NCBI GenBank assembly: GCA_965261345.1
Contig: OZ253449.1
Coordinates: 1,920,001-1,984,000, forward strand
Length of the DNA stretch: 64,000 bases
Reading direction: 5' to 3'
Origin: Chloroflexota bacterium
GTDB lineage: Bacteria; Chloroflexota; UBA11872; VXNJ01
Below the pieces are notes generated by a model. That model had not been told where the DNA came from. It worked only from the letters and a program-made list of their open reading frames with translations, and made no database searches. A program made the translations under genes and the position numbers. Shown here one piece after another: positions 20,260 to 29,952 of the stretch; positions within the stretch are counted from its first letter, which is position 1; each line of letters begins with the position of its first letter.

Positions 20260-21183
20260 ATGGCCGTTGCGCAAACTCAAACCGCGGCTACGCTGCGCAC
20301 CCAAGGCCGTACCTGGCCGACCGTGCGGCGAACGCTGCTTTACATCCTTATGTCGGCTATCGCCTTTGTGGCGGTGTTCCCATTCCTCTGGTCTCTGTTG
20401 GGGTCATTTAAGACCGCCGAAGACCTGTTTGACTTTGCAATCGCCGATCCCGGCACCTACCTGCCGTATTCGTGGCAGTTTGAAAACTACACCGTGGTCT
20501 GGGGCCTCAATTTCGGCCGCTTTTTCTTCAACAGCGCATTTGTTGCCACGATCATCACAATGGCGCATCTGCTGTTGGCTTCGACCGCCGGATACGCGTT
20601 TGCCCGCCTGGACTTTCCCGGCCGCGACGTTCTGTTCGTGGCGGTGGTGGCAACCCTGATGGTTCCGTTCCAGGTAACCATGGTTCCGCTTTTCATCATG
20701 ATCAAGAACTGGCCGCTGGTGGGCGGTAACGATTTGACTGGGCAAGGTGGCCGCGGGCTGCTGGACTCCTACGCCGGTCTTACCATCCCGATGTTCCCGA
20801 CCGCCTACGGTACCTTCCTGTTGCGCCAGTTTTTCCAGACCCTGCCGCGCGAACTGGAAGACGCCGCCCGCATCGACGGGGCCTCCGAGTTCAGGATTTA
20901 CTGGAACGTGATCTTGCCGCTTTCGGGCGCCGCCCTGGCGGTCCTCACCGTTTTCTCCTTCCAACAGACCTGGAACGACTTCGTCTGGCCGTTCATCATC
21001 ACGCGCGATGAGGACATCAAGACCCTGCAGGTGGCACTGGCCAATTTCCGGCAGGAGTACAACACCGACTGGGGTCTGTTGATGGCCGCGACGATGGTGG
21101 CAACGGTCCCGATCCTAATCCTGTTCCTGATGACCCAGCGTTACTTCGTACAAGGGATTGCCCTCTCCGGAATCAAGGGCTAG
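20260..21183 (+). CDS. Carbohydrate ABC permease (MalG-like)
   Basis: EAA loop LEDAARIDGA, WNDFVWP, multiple TM helices. Confidence 0.92.
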   Translation: MAVAQTQTAATLRTQGRTWPTVRRTLLYILMSAIAFVAVFPFLWSLLGSFKTAEDLFDFAIADPGTYLPYSWQFENYTVVWGLNFGRFFFNSAFVATIITMAHLLLASTAGYAFARLDFPGRDVLFVAVVATLMVPFQVTMVPLFIMIKNWPLVGGNDLTGQGGRGLLDSYAGLTIPMFPTAYGTFLLRQFFQTLPRELEDAARIDGASEFRIYWNVILPLSGAALAVLTVFSFQQTWNDFVWPFIITRDEDIKTLQVALANFRQEYNTDWGLLMAATMVATVPILILFLMTQRYFVQGIALSGIKG

Positions 21184-21189
21184 TTGCCA

Positions 21190-22137
21190 ATGGCAGTAAA
21201 TGCCGCCATGCCGGCGGTGGGGGCGCACCGTCGTTTCGGAGTGTATTTCCGGCGCAATATTGCCGGGTACGTATTCGTGCTCCCGCAGATTGCTTTCATC
21301 TCGATATTTATCCTGATACCGATCATGGGCGCCCTGTACTACTCGATCACCAACTACAACCTTTTGACACCGCCGTCGCTCGCCGATCCGCTCTGGAAGA
21401 ACTTCGCCAGCCTCAGAACGGATGACCGCTACCCTGGATCAGTCGTAAATACCCTCATGTTCGCCTTTCTGACGGTTCCGTTCGGAGTGGTCACCTCGCT
21501 GTTGCTGGCGGTCCTGATCAACCGCGCGATTCGCGGCATTTACTTTTTCCGGGCGATGTTCTACATGCCGGTGGTCTCATCCTTTGTGGCAGTGTCACTA
21601 ATTTGGCTCTGGTTCTACGAACCGCAGTTCGGCCTGTTTAATGATTTCCTCATTTGGGTCGGCCTGCCCACCTCCAAATGGCTCAAGGGTAAGGAAACGG
21701 CGCTGCTGGCGATCGTCCTCATGAGCGTTTGGAAGAACATGGGCTTGAACATGGTCATTTATCTGGCTGGCCTTCAAGGCATCCCGCCGACGATCATTGA
21801 GGCGGCCGACATTGACGGAGCTGGGCGAGCCTCAAAATTCACCCGCATTCTGCTGCCATTGCTTGCCCCCACGACCTATTTCGTAGTGATCGTTTATTTC
21901 ATCGGCGCCCTGCAGATGTTTGTGCAGGTCTGGATCATGACCCAACAGGCCGGGAACGGAGTGTTGACCGGTGGTCCGCTAAATAGCACCTCTACGGTGG
22001 TGCTGCTCATCTATTCGAACGCCTTTGAATATCTCAAGATGGGTTATGCTGCGGCAATGTCGGTGGTCCTGTTCATGGTGATCGCGGTCATCACCTATAT
22101 AAATTCGCGCTTGCTCAAATACGAGGTGGGCTGGTAA
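21190..22137 (+). CDS. Carbohydrate ABC permease (MalF-like)
   Basis: FYMPVV, WKNMG, IIEAADIDGA, MGYAAA. Confidence 0.92.
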   Translation: MAVNAAMPAVGAHRRFGVYFRRNIAGYVFVLPQIAFISIFILIPIMGALYYSITNYNLLTPPSLADPLWKNFASLRTDDRYPGSVVNTLMFAFLTVPFGVVTSLLLAVLINRAIRGIYFFRAMFYMPVVSSFVAVSLIWLWFYEPQFGLFNDFLIWVGLPTSKWLKGKETALLAIVLMSVWKNMGLNMVIYLAGLQGIPPTIIEAADIDGAGRASKFTRILLPLLAPTTYFVVIVYFIGALQMFVQVWIMTQQAGNGVLTGGPLNSTSTVVLLIYSNAFEYLKMGYAAAMSVVLFMVIAVITYINSRLLKYEVGW

Positions 22138-22176
22138 AGATCTCCCAGCCGGTCGACCTTGAGTTGGAACTGAAGG

Positions 22177-22211
22177 CGCTGCGGCCCTTGGAAGGGCCGC
22201 AGCGTTTTTTT
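22177..22211 (+). terminator. Intrinsic terminator of the ABC operon
   Basis: CGCTGCGGCCCTT/AAGGGCCGCAGCG stem followed by T7. Confidence 0.88.
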
Positions 22212-22269
22212 AAATTCGTGGACAACAGATTGCAGCTAGCGAGGGATCATTGATCGGCTCGATTTGCGG

Positions 22270-23214
22270 CTAACCTGCCTTCACCCAGACTGGTTGGAAT
22301 TCTGATCCGGCGGTGGCGATAAGGCGGTTGGCGGCAGACCCGTCGGCGGCCATTAACCAGATGTTGGCGTGCCCATTGATCTGCCGCGAAAAGACGATCT
22401 GGGATCCGCCGGGTGACCAATCTGGGTCGCGATCGTGACCGTGAAATTCGGTCAGACGCACCAGTTGCCCGGAGGCGATGTTGACGCGGTAGAGATCCCA
22501 GTCGCCGGCGGCAAAGGCCTCAAAGCAGATCCATTGTCCGGTCGGGTCGAAGTCGGGAAACTGGGCGAACGCTTCAGTGTTGGCAAGTTTGTTCACTCGC
22601 CCTCCGGTGGCGGGGATCGAAAAAATGTCGAAATCGCCGTCGCGATTGGCAAAGTAGGAAATTGTTGTGCCGTCGGGGCTCCAATCCGGAGCGTAGCTGT
22701 GCCAGGGGTCGGCGGTGAGCTGCCGCTCGGTTCCCGCGACCAGGTCGGCTTGGAATAACTGGAAATAGTCGACGTCGCGCTCAAACGCTATCGAAAGCCC
22801 ATCCGGGGCAAAAGCGGGCGAATAGTCTTCGAGGTCGTTGGCGGTAAGTTGGATTACTTCGGAACCGTCGATGGCGGTTAGAAATAGGTCAAAATCGCCC
22901 CCGTCAGCATTCGAGGCGTAGACGACCTGGCGGCCGTCGGGGGATGGATCGGCGTAACGGTTGTGGTGCCGGTCGGCGGTAACCCGCCGCAGTCGATCGG
23001 TCAGGCCGTCGGCCAAGTAAATGTCCCAGTCGCCGTCTACGTTGGAGCGGAACAGCAGCTGACGGTCTTCGAGCAAAGTCCAGTTAACATAATGGTCAAA
23101 CTGGACCGGTGCCCCGGCGACGGCACCGCTTTCCTGGTTGCTGCATCCGCACAGCAGCAGTGCAAGCACCGGGACAATCCACGATCGTGCGGAGCCGATT
23201 GCTAGGCTCCGCAA
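22270..23214 (-). CDS. TolB-like (PD40 repeat) beta-propeller lipoprotein
   Basis: Lipobox-like LLCGC; repeated P.WSPDG..I.F and DIY/DLF units. Confidence 0.8.
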   Translation of the reverse strand: MRSLAIGSARSWIVPVLALLLCGCSNQESGAVAGAPVQFDHYVNWTLLEDRQLLFRSNVDGDWDIYLADGLTDRLRRVTADRHHNRYADPSPDGRQVVYASNADGGDFDLFLTAIDGSEVIQLTANDLEDYSPAFAPDGLSIAFERDVDYFQLFQADLVAGTERQLTADPWHSYAPDWSPDGTTISYFANRDGDFDIFSIPATGGRVNKLANTEAFAQFPDFDPTGQWICFEAFAAGDWDLYRVNIASGQLVRLTEFHGHDRDPDWSPGGSQIVFSRQINGHANIWLMAADGSAANRLIATAGSEFQPVWVKAG

Positions 23215-23294
23215 TTTAGGCTTGATGGGCGAGCATCGGTTCGACCCGGCCGAATCGTTTCAATTGAATTCTCCCTTTTGCAGGCGGGCAGCGC

Positions 23295-24716
23295 GTGACC
23301 CAACAACCCAACATCGTCATATTCATGCCTGATGAGATGCGCTGGGACTGCGTTGGTTACGCTGGCAACCGGCAAATAAATACGCCGAATTTTGACCGGT
23401 TCGCCGACGAAAACGCCCCCTTTTCCCACTTCTTCGTAAATCACACCGTTTGCACTCCTTCGCGGATATGCATGTTCACCGGCTGGCCGCCGCACGTGGC
23501 TGGGCATCGAACGCTCTGGCACATGCTGCGCCCCCATCAACCCAATGTCTTCCGCTACCTCAAACAGGCCGGATATCACGTGGAAATGTGGGGTAAGAAC
23601 GACCTTTTGGCCCAGGAATCATTTCCAGAGAGCATTTCCCATGTTGGCGAAATAGATTTCGACTACAAAAGTTTCACCGCCAACCCTTGGGACCGGGAAG
23701 ATTACCGATTCCGGAGTTATTATTTCGGCCGCCGCGGCGATTTGGCATCCCGCGACAGCGACCGCCAGTGGATCGAGGGGGCGCTGGAGTTCCTGGCGTC
23801 GGATCCGCCCGAACCCTTCTGCCTGTACCTCCCGCTGATCTTTCCACACTGTCCCTATTGGTGTGAGGAACCGTACTTTTCGCTCCACGACCGCGATCTG
23901 GTGCCCGATCCGATGCCCCCGCGTCGCGACGGTCCGATCCATCATCGCGAGATGCATCATTCCTATGGCCTAGATCAATTCGATGCCGCCGATTGGCGCG
24001 AATTGATCGCAACCTACTGGGGAATGTGTACACGGTTGGACGATCAGTTCGGGCAGATCCGGCAAGCGATGGAAGATGGCGGCTTCTGGGATGACGCCGC
24101 GGTCCTCTTCTTCTCCGATCACGGCGATTATGCCGGTGACTACGGTTTGGTGGAGAAATGGCCCAGTGGATTCGAGGACGTTCTAATGCGGGTCCCACTT
24201 ACGATCAAGCTCCCCAGCAACGAGCGGACCGCAATGATCCCGGCGCTGTGCGAGACGTTCGACCTGACGCCGACGATTCTCGATATTGCCGGCGTCGATC
24301 TGGCCCACGATCAATACGGCAAAAGCCTGCTGCCGCTTATCCGCGGGGAGGCCCTCAGTCACAAGGAAGCCGTTTTCGTCGAAGGTGGGCACCATCACTT
24401 TGAACGCCAGGCGGTCGAGCTCAAATGGGACAATCCCGCCGGACCGGACCACGTCTATTACCAGAAGGGCCGCATCCAGACCGATAACCCCGATTCGGTC
24501 GGCAAAGCGGCCGCGGTGCGGACCCGGGACCACAAGTATGTGCGGCGCCTGCGAGACCGTGATGAGCTCTACGATTTGAACTGCGACCCGGGAGAGCAGG
24601 TCAATTTGATCGACTCGCCCGATCACCAGGCGATCCGGCTGCATCTGATTGAACTTCTCACCGATTGGTTCCTGGCCACCGGCGATGTGGTTCCGCGCGA
24701 CAAAGACCGACGTTAG
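23295..24716 (+). CDS. Sulfatase-family hydrolase (Cys-type)
   Basis: PNIVIFMPDE, CTPSR, SDHGD, ELYDL..DPGE; no signal peptide. Confidence 0.9.
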   Translation: MTQQPNIVIFMPDEMRWDCVGYAGNRQINTPNFDRFADENAPFSHFFVNHTVCTPSRICMFTGWPPHVAGHRTLWHMLRPHQPNVFRYLKQAGYHVEMWGKNDLLAQESFPESISHVGEIDFDYKSFTANPWDREDYRFRSYYFGRRGDLASRDSDRQWIEGALEFLASDPPEPFCLYLPLIFPHCPYWCEEPYFSLHDRDLVPDPMPPRRDGPIHHREMHHSYGLDQFDAADWRELIATYWGMCTRLDDQFGQIRQAMEDGGFWDDAAVLFFSDHGDYAGDYGLVEKWPSGFEDVLMRVPLTIKLPSNERTAMIPALCETFDLTPTILDIAGVDLAHDQYGKSLLPLIRGEALSHKEAVFVEGGHHHFERQAVELKWDNPAGPDHVYYQKGRIQTDNPDSVGKAAAVRTRDHKYVRRLRDRDELYDLNCDPGEQVNLIDSPDHQAIRLHLIELLTDWFLATGDVVPRDKDRR

Positions 24717-24730
24717 GGAGACCTGATTCA

Positions 24731-26206
24731 ATGCGAGTCCTGCTAATTGACATCGATTCCCAGCGGCCCGACCACCTGGGCTGCTACGGGTATCACCGCT
24801 CCACCTCCCCCAATATCGACTCGATCGCCGCCCGGGGCACCCGCTTTGATCGCTGCTACGTGTCCGATTCCCCCTGCGTCCCGGGGCGCGCTTCGATGTT
24901 CGGCGGGATGTTTGGGATAAACAGCGGCGTGGCGACCCACTGGGGACCCGGCTCCAGCTATCGCCTGCCGGCCGACATCCACGTCGAGCGCGAAGGCGGA
25001 CTTACCCTGACGATGGCCCGCAATTTCCTAGCCAACGGCTACCACACCGCCTCGGTGTCCTCATTTGCCGATCGCCACCACGCTTTCTGGCACACATCCG
25101 GTTTTCGTGAATACCATCACCACACCTTAAAGCGCGGCAACGAGACCGCCGATGAGGTCAATGCCGCCGCCCTGCCGGTGCTTGAGCGAATATGCCAGCA
25201 GACCGACTGGCTCATGCACGTTAACTACTGGGACCCCCACCGGATGTATCGGGTCCCGGACGAGTGGATGAATAAATTCGCCGGCGAGCGGCCGCCGGAT
25301 TGGCCGACCCAGGCGGTGCTGGATTCCCAGCAGGAGTTGACCGGCCCGTTTACTCCGCCGGCGCTGGTTCCCTATCCCGACCGCGAAAGCGGTGAGATGG
25401 TCCACTGGCCGTTCGATAAGACCGCCCACTTTGAGGAGTGGATCAACGGCTACGATGGCTCGATTGCCTACGTTGATTTCCACATCGGTCAGCTGCTGGA
25501 GGTGTTGGGCCGGCACGGCGTCCTTGACGACACCTGCATCATCGTTACCGCCGATCACGGCGAGGGCCAGGGTGAGCATGGAATCTACGGCGACCACTGC
25601 AACGGCTACGAGGCTCCACACCACATTCCGCTCATCGTTTCCTACCCCGGGAGGGTTGCCGAGGGTCAGGCTTGCGACGAATTCGTCTACAGCCTAGATA
25701 TCGCCCCAACCCTTTGTGAATTGGCTGGAGTCGAGCCCCAGCCCGGTTGGGATGGGCAGAGCCTGGCGCCGCTGCTCGCCCAACCGGCCGGATCCGAATT
25801 TGACGGCCGCGATCATTTGGTGCTCTCGCACGGTCTGTATGCCTGCCAGCGGTCGGTGCGCACCAGTCGCTGGTTGCTAACTCGAACCTTCCACCCCGGA
25901 TTGTTTGACTACCCGCTGCTGAGTCTTTACGACATGATTGCCGATCCGCGCCAGGAATCCAACGTCGCCGCCGACAATCCTTCGGCGGTTGCCGAGCTTG
26001 ATCACCTATTGCTTGAATGGACCCACCATCACGCCGGGCGACCCAATCATCCCGGTGACCCGATGGCCGAGGTGATCGCTAGCGGTCCCTTCAAGTACGT
26101 CGAATATCAATATTGGTTGGATTTTCTGTCGGCCCAGGGTCGCCCAGCGGCGGCTGAACGGATCCGCCGAAGATTGCGGCACTGGCCCCTGGAGGCGCCA
26201 ATATGA
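24731..26206 (+). CDS. Sulfatase-family hydrolase (Cys-type)
   Basis: IDIDSQRPDHLGCYGY, CVPGR, YWDPH, ADHGE. Confidence 0.88.
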   Translation: MRVLLIDIDSQRPDHLGCYGYHRSTSPNIDSIAARGTRFDRCYVSDSPCVPGRASMFGGMFGINSGVATHWGPGSSYRLPADIHVEREGGLTLTMARNFLANGYHTASVSSFADRHHAFWHTSGFREYHHHTLKRGNETADEVNAAALPVLERICQQTDWLMHVNYWDPHRMYRVPDEWMNKFAGERPPDWPTQAVLDSQQELTGPFTPPALVPYPDRESGEMVHWPFDKTAHFEEWINGYDGSIAYVDFHIGQLLEVLGRHGVLDDTCIIVTADHGEGQGEHGIYGDHCNGYEAPHHIPLIVSYPGRVAEGQACDEFVYSLDIAPTLCELAGVEPQPGWDGQSLAPLLAQPAGSEFDGRDHLVLSHGLYACQRSVRTSRWLLTRTFHPGLFDYPLLSLYDMIADPRQESNVAADNPSAVAELDHLLLEWTHHHAGRPNHPGDPMAEVIASGPFKYVEYQYWLDFLSAQGRPAAAERIRRRLRHWPLEAPI

Positions 26207-26976
26207 GCGAGCAGAAACTATTCGGGCAGGTTTCCGCGATCACCGGCGGCGGCGATGGATTCGGCAAGGCAATCGCCCTCAAATTTGCCGGGCACGGCGC
26301 CATGGTCGCGATCTGCGACATCGACCTCCCGGCGGCCGAGGCGGTGGCCGGACAAATAGATAGCGCCGGCGGCCAGGCCCTGGCGGTTGAGGCTGACGTT
26401 ACCGACAACGCCGCTCTGGCGCGATTCGTTGGGGCGGTCACCGACCGCTTTGGCGGTCTCGACGTGTGGGTTGGCAACGCCGGCATCGGCGGCGGCAGCG
26501 AGAGCGAGGATGTGATCGAGGCCGATTACCGCCGAATGATCGACATAAACCTCTCGGCGGTTTTCTTCGGCGCTCAGCTGGCCGGTCAGGTCATGATCGC
26601 CCAGGGGCGTGGTGGTCGAATCATCAACATGGCCTCGGTTGCCGGATATCGCGCGATTCCCGAGCGGGCCGCTTACTGCGCCGCGAAGGCCGGTGTGGTC
26701 ATGACAACGTGCGTGTTGGCCGAAGAATGGGCCAAACACCAGATCAGAGTCAATTCGATCTCACCCGGTTACGCTGACACATCCCTGTTCTGGAGTGCTG
26801 CCGGCTCGGGCCAGCGCAAGCCGTTCGACCAGCTTATGGCGCGGGTCCCGTCGGGCAAACTCATCACCGTCGACCAGGTGGCGGCTGCCGCCCTCTACCT
26901 GGCAAGCGACGATTCCGATGCCGTCTCCGGGCTTGACCTGCGGGTCGATTCGGCGCTGTCAGTCGGCAACATCTAG
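26203..26976 (+). CDS. Short-chain dehydrogenase/reductase
   Basis: TGGGDGFG, NAG, YCAAK; ATGA overlap with the upstream sulfatase. Confidence 0.9.
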   Translation: MSEQKLFGQVSAITGGGDGFGKAIALKFAGHGAMVAICDIDLPAAEAVAGQIDSAGGQALAVEADVTDNAALARFVGAVTDRFGGLDVWVGNAGIGGGSESEDVIEADYRRMIDINLSAVFFGAQLAGQVMIAQGRGGRIINMASVAGYRAIPERAAYCAAKAGVVMTTCVLAEEWAKHQIRVNSISPGYADTSLFWSAAGSGQRKPFDQLMARVPSGKLITVDQVAAAALYLASDDSDAVSGLDLRVDSALSVGNI

Positions 26977-27037
26977 GCGGGCAATCGGTCCTCACGCGCA
27001 AGCGGCCCAGCCCAATCAACCGATGTTCGGTCGGATG

Positions 27038-27490
27038 CTAGGTCCGCGGGTCCGAGCTTGATATCGCCTTGACCAGGGTCAGTCCGAAAAGGACCGTCAT
27101 CAGCAGCAGCGAACTGACGCACCAGATGCAGAAGGTGGCAAGCTGGGTGATCGAGATCACGGTCAGGTAAACCGAAAAGGTCAGGCCGGCGGCGGTCAGT
27201 AGCACCAAGGCCAGCGCCGAATCGGGAAACGCCTGCTCGTGCCAATACATCTCGGCCGCCGCCGCCAGGGCGATCAGTAGATAGGCTGCCGCCCCAAACA
27301 GGGCCACCGGGGCGCCGAACATCTCACCCCAGGCGCTCGACGTTACCGCGTCGCAACCCCCGCCTTCAAGGCAAACTGCCGATTCACCGGCCAGGCCGGT
27401 GATCGTCAGGTAGATGGCGATCACCAGACCAAGGAGTGAAAAGGCCAGCGTGAGGCCGCGGTACGAGACCGAGCCGACAATCTTGCTCAT
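27038..27490 (-). CDS. Vitamin K epoxide reductase (VKOR) family protein
   Basis: Loop Cys pair C-x5-C (CLEGGGC), SSAWG, active site CIWC, about 4 TM helices. Confidence 0.88.
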   Translation of the reverse strand: MSKIVGSVSYRGLTLAFSLLGLVIAIYLTITGLAGESAVCLEGGGCDAVTSSAWGEMFGAPVALFGAAAYLLIALAAAAEMYWHEQAFPDSALALVLLTAAGLTFSVYLTVISITQLATFCIWCVSSLLLMTVLFGLTLVKAISSSDPRT

Positions 27491-28410
27491 AGTGCGCCCA
27501 GGGCCTGGTTGATCGCATCCAGAAATTCGTTCAGGCTCCCTGACCCGACCCGGCGCTCACCGTTGAGGAAGAAGGTGGGAGTGCCGTCGACCGCCAGCTT
27601 GGAGGCCTCGGAGATGTTGGACTGCAGCAGATTGCTGGCATAGTCGGATTGGGCATCCTCGATCAACAGGTCAGCATCCAGGGCCAGTTCATCGGCCAAC
27701 GGTTTAAAGTCATCCCAGTCGTAGCCGTTGTCAGCCATCGCCAGGATGGTCGGGAACAGCTTGGCGTGGGCCGGCCAGAACGCGGCCGGATCCTGTTTGG
27801 CGGCGGCTATCGAAATCCGCGAGGCGTTGATCGCGTCGCTGCCGAACGGGCGATGTCGGGCCACGAACAGCACCTGGCCGGTATCGACATACGATTCGAC
27901 CACCTGCGGCTCAATTAGGGCTGAAAAGGTCGCACAGTGCTGACAGGTGTAGGAGAAGTATTCGACCAGGAGCAGTGGGGCTGCGGGATCGCCGAGGCGG
28001 TGGCTAAGCCGGGCGGTGCGATGTCCCTCAAGTTCTGCCAGGGTCTGCGCGCTCAGCACCTCGGTGACCACCGGATCGGTCGGCACTGCAATTTGCGGGG
28101 TTGGGGCCGCGGGAGTGACCGGCGATTCGTCGGGCTTGTTAATCGTTGCAACCTCGGCCGGCGCGGCACTGTCGAGGTCGTCGGCAGTTGCGTCGAACCA
28201 ATTTAGACCCGAAAGCAGGCCGCCGACGGCAACTCCCGCACCAACCCCAACTAGCACGTCGCGGCGGCGCAGGCGGCGGCCGATCCTGGGATCCTGGGTC
28301 TCCGGCGGTACGGCGTCGCCGAGCTGTTCGGGGGCCGAACTGAAGGCCGAGCGCATTTCGGCCAGCCGCCGCCGCCGCCGGGCGTTGCTATCGGACCGTC
28401 GTCGGGCCAT
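27487..28410 (-). CDS. DsbA-family thioredoxin-fold protein
   Basis: LGDPAAP..VEYFSYTCQHC, cis-Pro GTPTFFLNG; RRRDVL plus hydrophobic segment. Confidence 0.88.
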   Translation of the reverse strand: MARRRSDSNARRRRRLAEMRSAFSSAPEQLGDAVPPETQDPRIGRRLRRRDVLVGVGAGVAVGGLLSGLNWFDATADDLDSAAPAEVATINKPDESPVTPAAPTPQIAVPTDPVVTEVLSAQTLAELEGHRTARLSHRLGDPAAPLLLVEYFSYTCQHCATFSALIEPQVVESYVDTGQVLFVARHRPFGSDAINASRISIAAAKQDPAAFWPAHAKLFPTILAMADNGYDWDDFKPLADELALDADLLIEDAQSDYASNLLQSNISEASKLAVDGTPTFFLNGERRVGSGSLNEFLDAINQALGAL

Positions 28411-29903
28411 TAGGCCGGCCCGCCCGGCAGGGGAAGCCGCCGCCGCCGCCGCAGGTCGTTGGCCTGTTCGGTGCGACCTTGTCCATCGAGGTAGTCAAGC
28501 ACCTTGGCAATTGGGACGTAGGTGTCGGCCGATACCTCCATCATTGCCTGGAAGGGGTCGCGCACGCTGCCGGGTCCGGTGCAGTGGTCCGACCACCAGT
28601 TGGCCATTAGGTGGTCGAGCAGGGCGGTCGTTTCAAGATCCTTGGTTGCCAAATTGTCAAGCTGATGTGGATCATTTTGCATATCGAACAGGCTGATCCC
28701 GTCAACCGGAAAGCAGCCCGAATGCAGGGTGCGGATGAACAGGTGGGAGCGGGTCCGCACCGCGCGTTGGAAGGTGAAAATTCCAGTCCCCCATACCAGG
28801 TGATCGCGGCCGGACCAGGCCTGACCGCGCAATGCCGCGGAAAAGCTCTCGCCGCTCCAGCCGCTGGGGATGTCCAGCTCTAGCAATTCGGCGACCGTTG
28901 GGACCAGGTCCAGCTGGTAGAGCAGGCCGTCGTAGCTCTGCCCTTGAGCCTGGTCGGTGACCCCGGGCCAGGAGATTACCAGTGGCTGGTGGGCGGTGCC
29001 TTCGGAGGCATTGCCGTGCTCGAAATACATTCCCTGCTCGGCCACCGATTCGCCGTGATCGGAGGAAATTATGATTGCGGTCTCGTCGGCGATCCCCATA
29101 TCGTCCAGCAGCTCGATGATGCGGGCGATGGCCTCGTCGACGTAGGCCATGCCGGCATCGTGGCCATCGACGAACGCTTGTAGGTCGGTCCGGTCGCAAA
29201 TTGCAGGCAGCATCCGCGGGAAGCGTTCGTAGAAGGCCTGCCCGCCCGGATATATTTCGGGCGGACCCCAGTCGCGGGCCGAGCGCGGGCCGTAATAGCG
29301 TTGGTAGTCGGCTCTGATCTTGTCATCATCTGGCCAATCCAGCCCGGGGCCGGCCGCCTGAACCCGATCCCAATAGCGGTCGGGCGCGCGATAGGGGTGA
29401 TGGACGTCCCAGTAGTTAACGTGCAGGAACCAATCGTCGTGCAGGGCGTTGTTCCTTAGCCAGGGTTCCACATGGGCATTAACGTCATCGGCCGTTTCCA
29501 GTCCGCCGGGCAATTTGTTGCCGTGGAATTCGGTGAATCCGGCGGTAAACCACCAGGACAGATGGCGCTGCGCAAACCCGGAAAATGAGACCGTGTTGTA
29601 ACCGGCCGCCTGCAGATGGCGCATGAACATCGGCCGGTCGGGGTCGTGGCGGTGACCGTCGCCCGGGTAGCGCATGTGCTGGCTGCTGGCGTTGTGGCCG
29701 ACAACGCCGTTTAGGATTCCGAAGCGACCGGAAAATAGTGCGGCGCGCGATGGGTTGCACGGCAGGTCGGATCCATAGCAACCATCAAATCGAACTCCCC
29801 GGGCGGCCACTGCATCGACCGTCGGCGAGGTCGGGCGCGGATAGCCGTAACAACCAAGGTGCGCCGGCCGCAACGAATCGATGTCGAAATAGATGATCCG
29901 CAT
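28410..29903 (-). CDS. Sulfatase-family hydrolase (Cys-type)
   Basis: FDIDSLRPAHLGCYGY, CNPSR, SDHGE; clear paralog of 24731..26206. Confidence 0.88.
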   Translation of the reverse strand: MRIIYFDIDSLRPAHLGCYGYPRPTSPTVDAVAARGVRFDGCYGSDLPCNPSRAALFSGRFGILNGVVGHNASSQHMRYPGDGHRHDPDRPMFMRHLQAAGYNTVSFSGFAQRHLSWWFTAGFTEFHGNKLPGGLETADDVNAHVEPWLRNNALHDDWFLHVNYWDVHHPYRAPDRYWDRVQAAGPGLDWPDDDKIRADYQRYYGPRSARDWGPPEIYPGGQAFYERFPRMLPAICDRTDLQAFVDGHDAGMAYVDEAIARIIELLDDMGIADETAIIISSDHGESVAEQGMYFEHGNASEGTAHQPLVISWPGVTDQAQGQSYDGLLYQLDLVPTVAELLELDIPSGWSGESFSAALRGQAWSGRDHLVWGTGIFTFQRAVRTRSHLFIRTLHSGCFPVDGISLFDMQNDPHQLDNLATKDLETTALLDHLMANWWSDHCTGPGSVRDPFQAMMEVSADTYVPIAKVLDYLDGQGRTEQANDLRRRRRLPLPGGPA

Positions 29904-29952
29904 TGCGACCTGCTTTCCTAAGGGTAAATACGTCGAACCGAGGGCGGCCGGA

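Noticed and set aside
21181-21189. In-frame TAG between the two permeases (also the stop-start junctions mqnC/mqnD and tatD/polyprenyl synthase) as possible readthrough or recoding
   Set aside because: Each downstream gene has its own start and is a normal-length family member; simple translational coupling explains it
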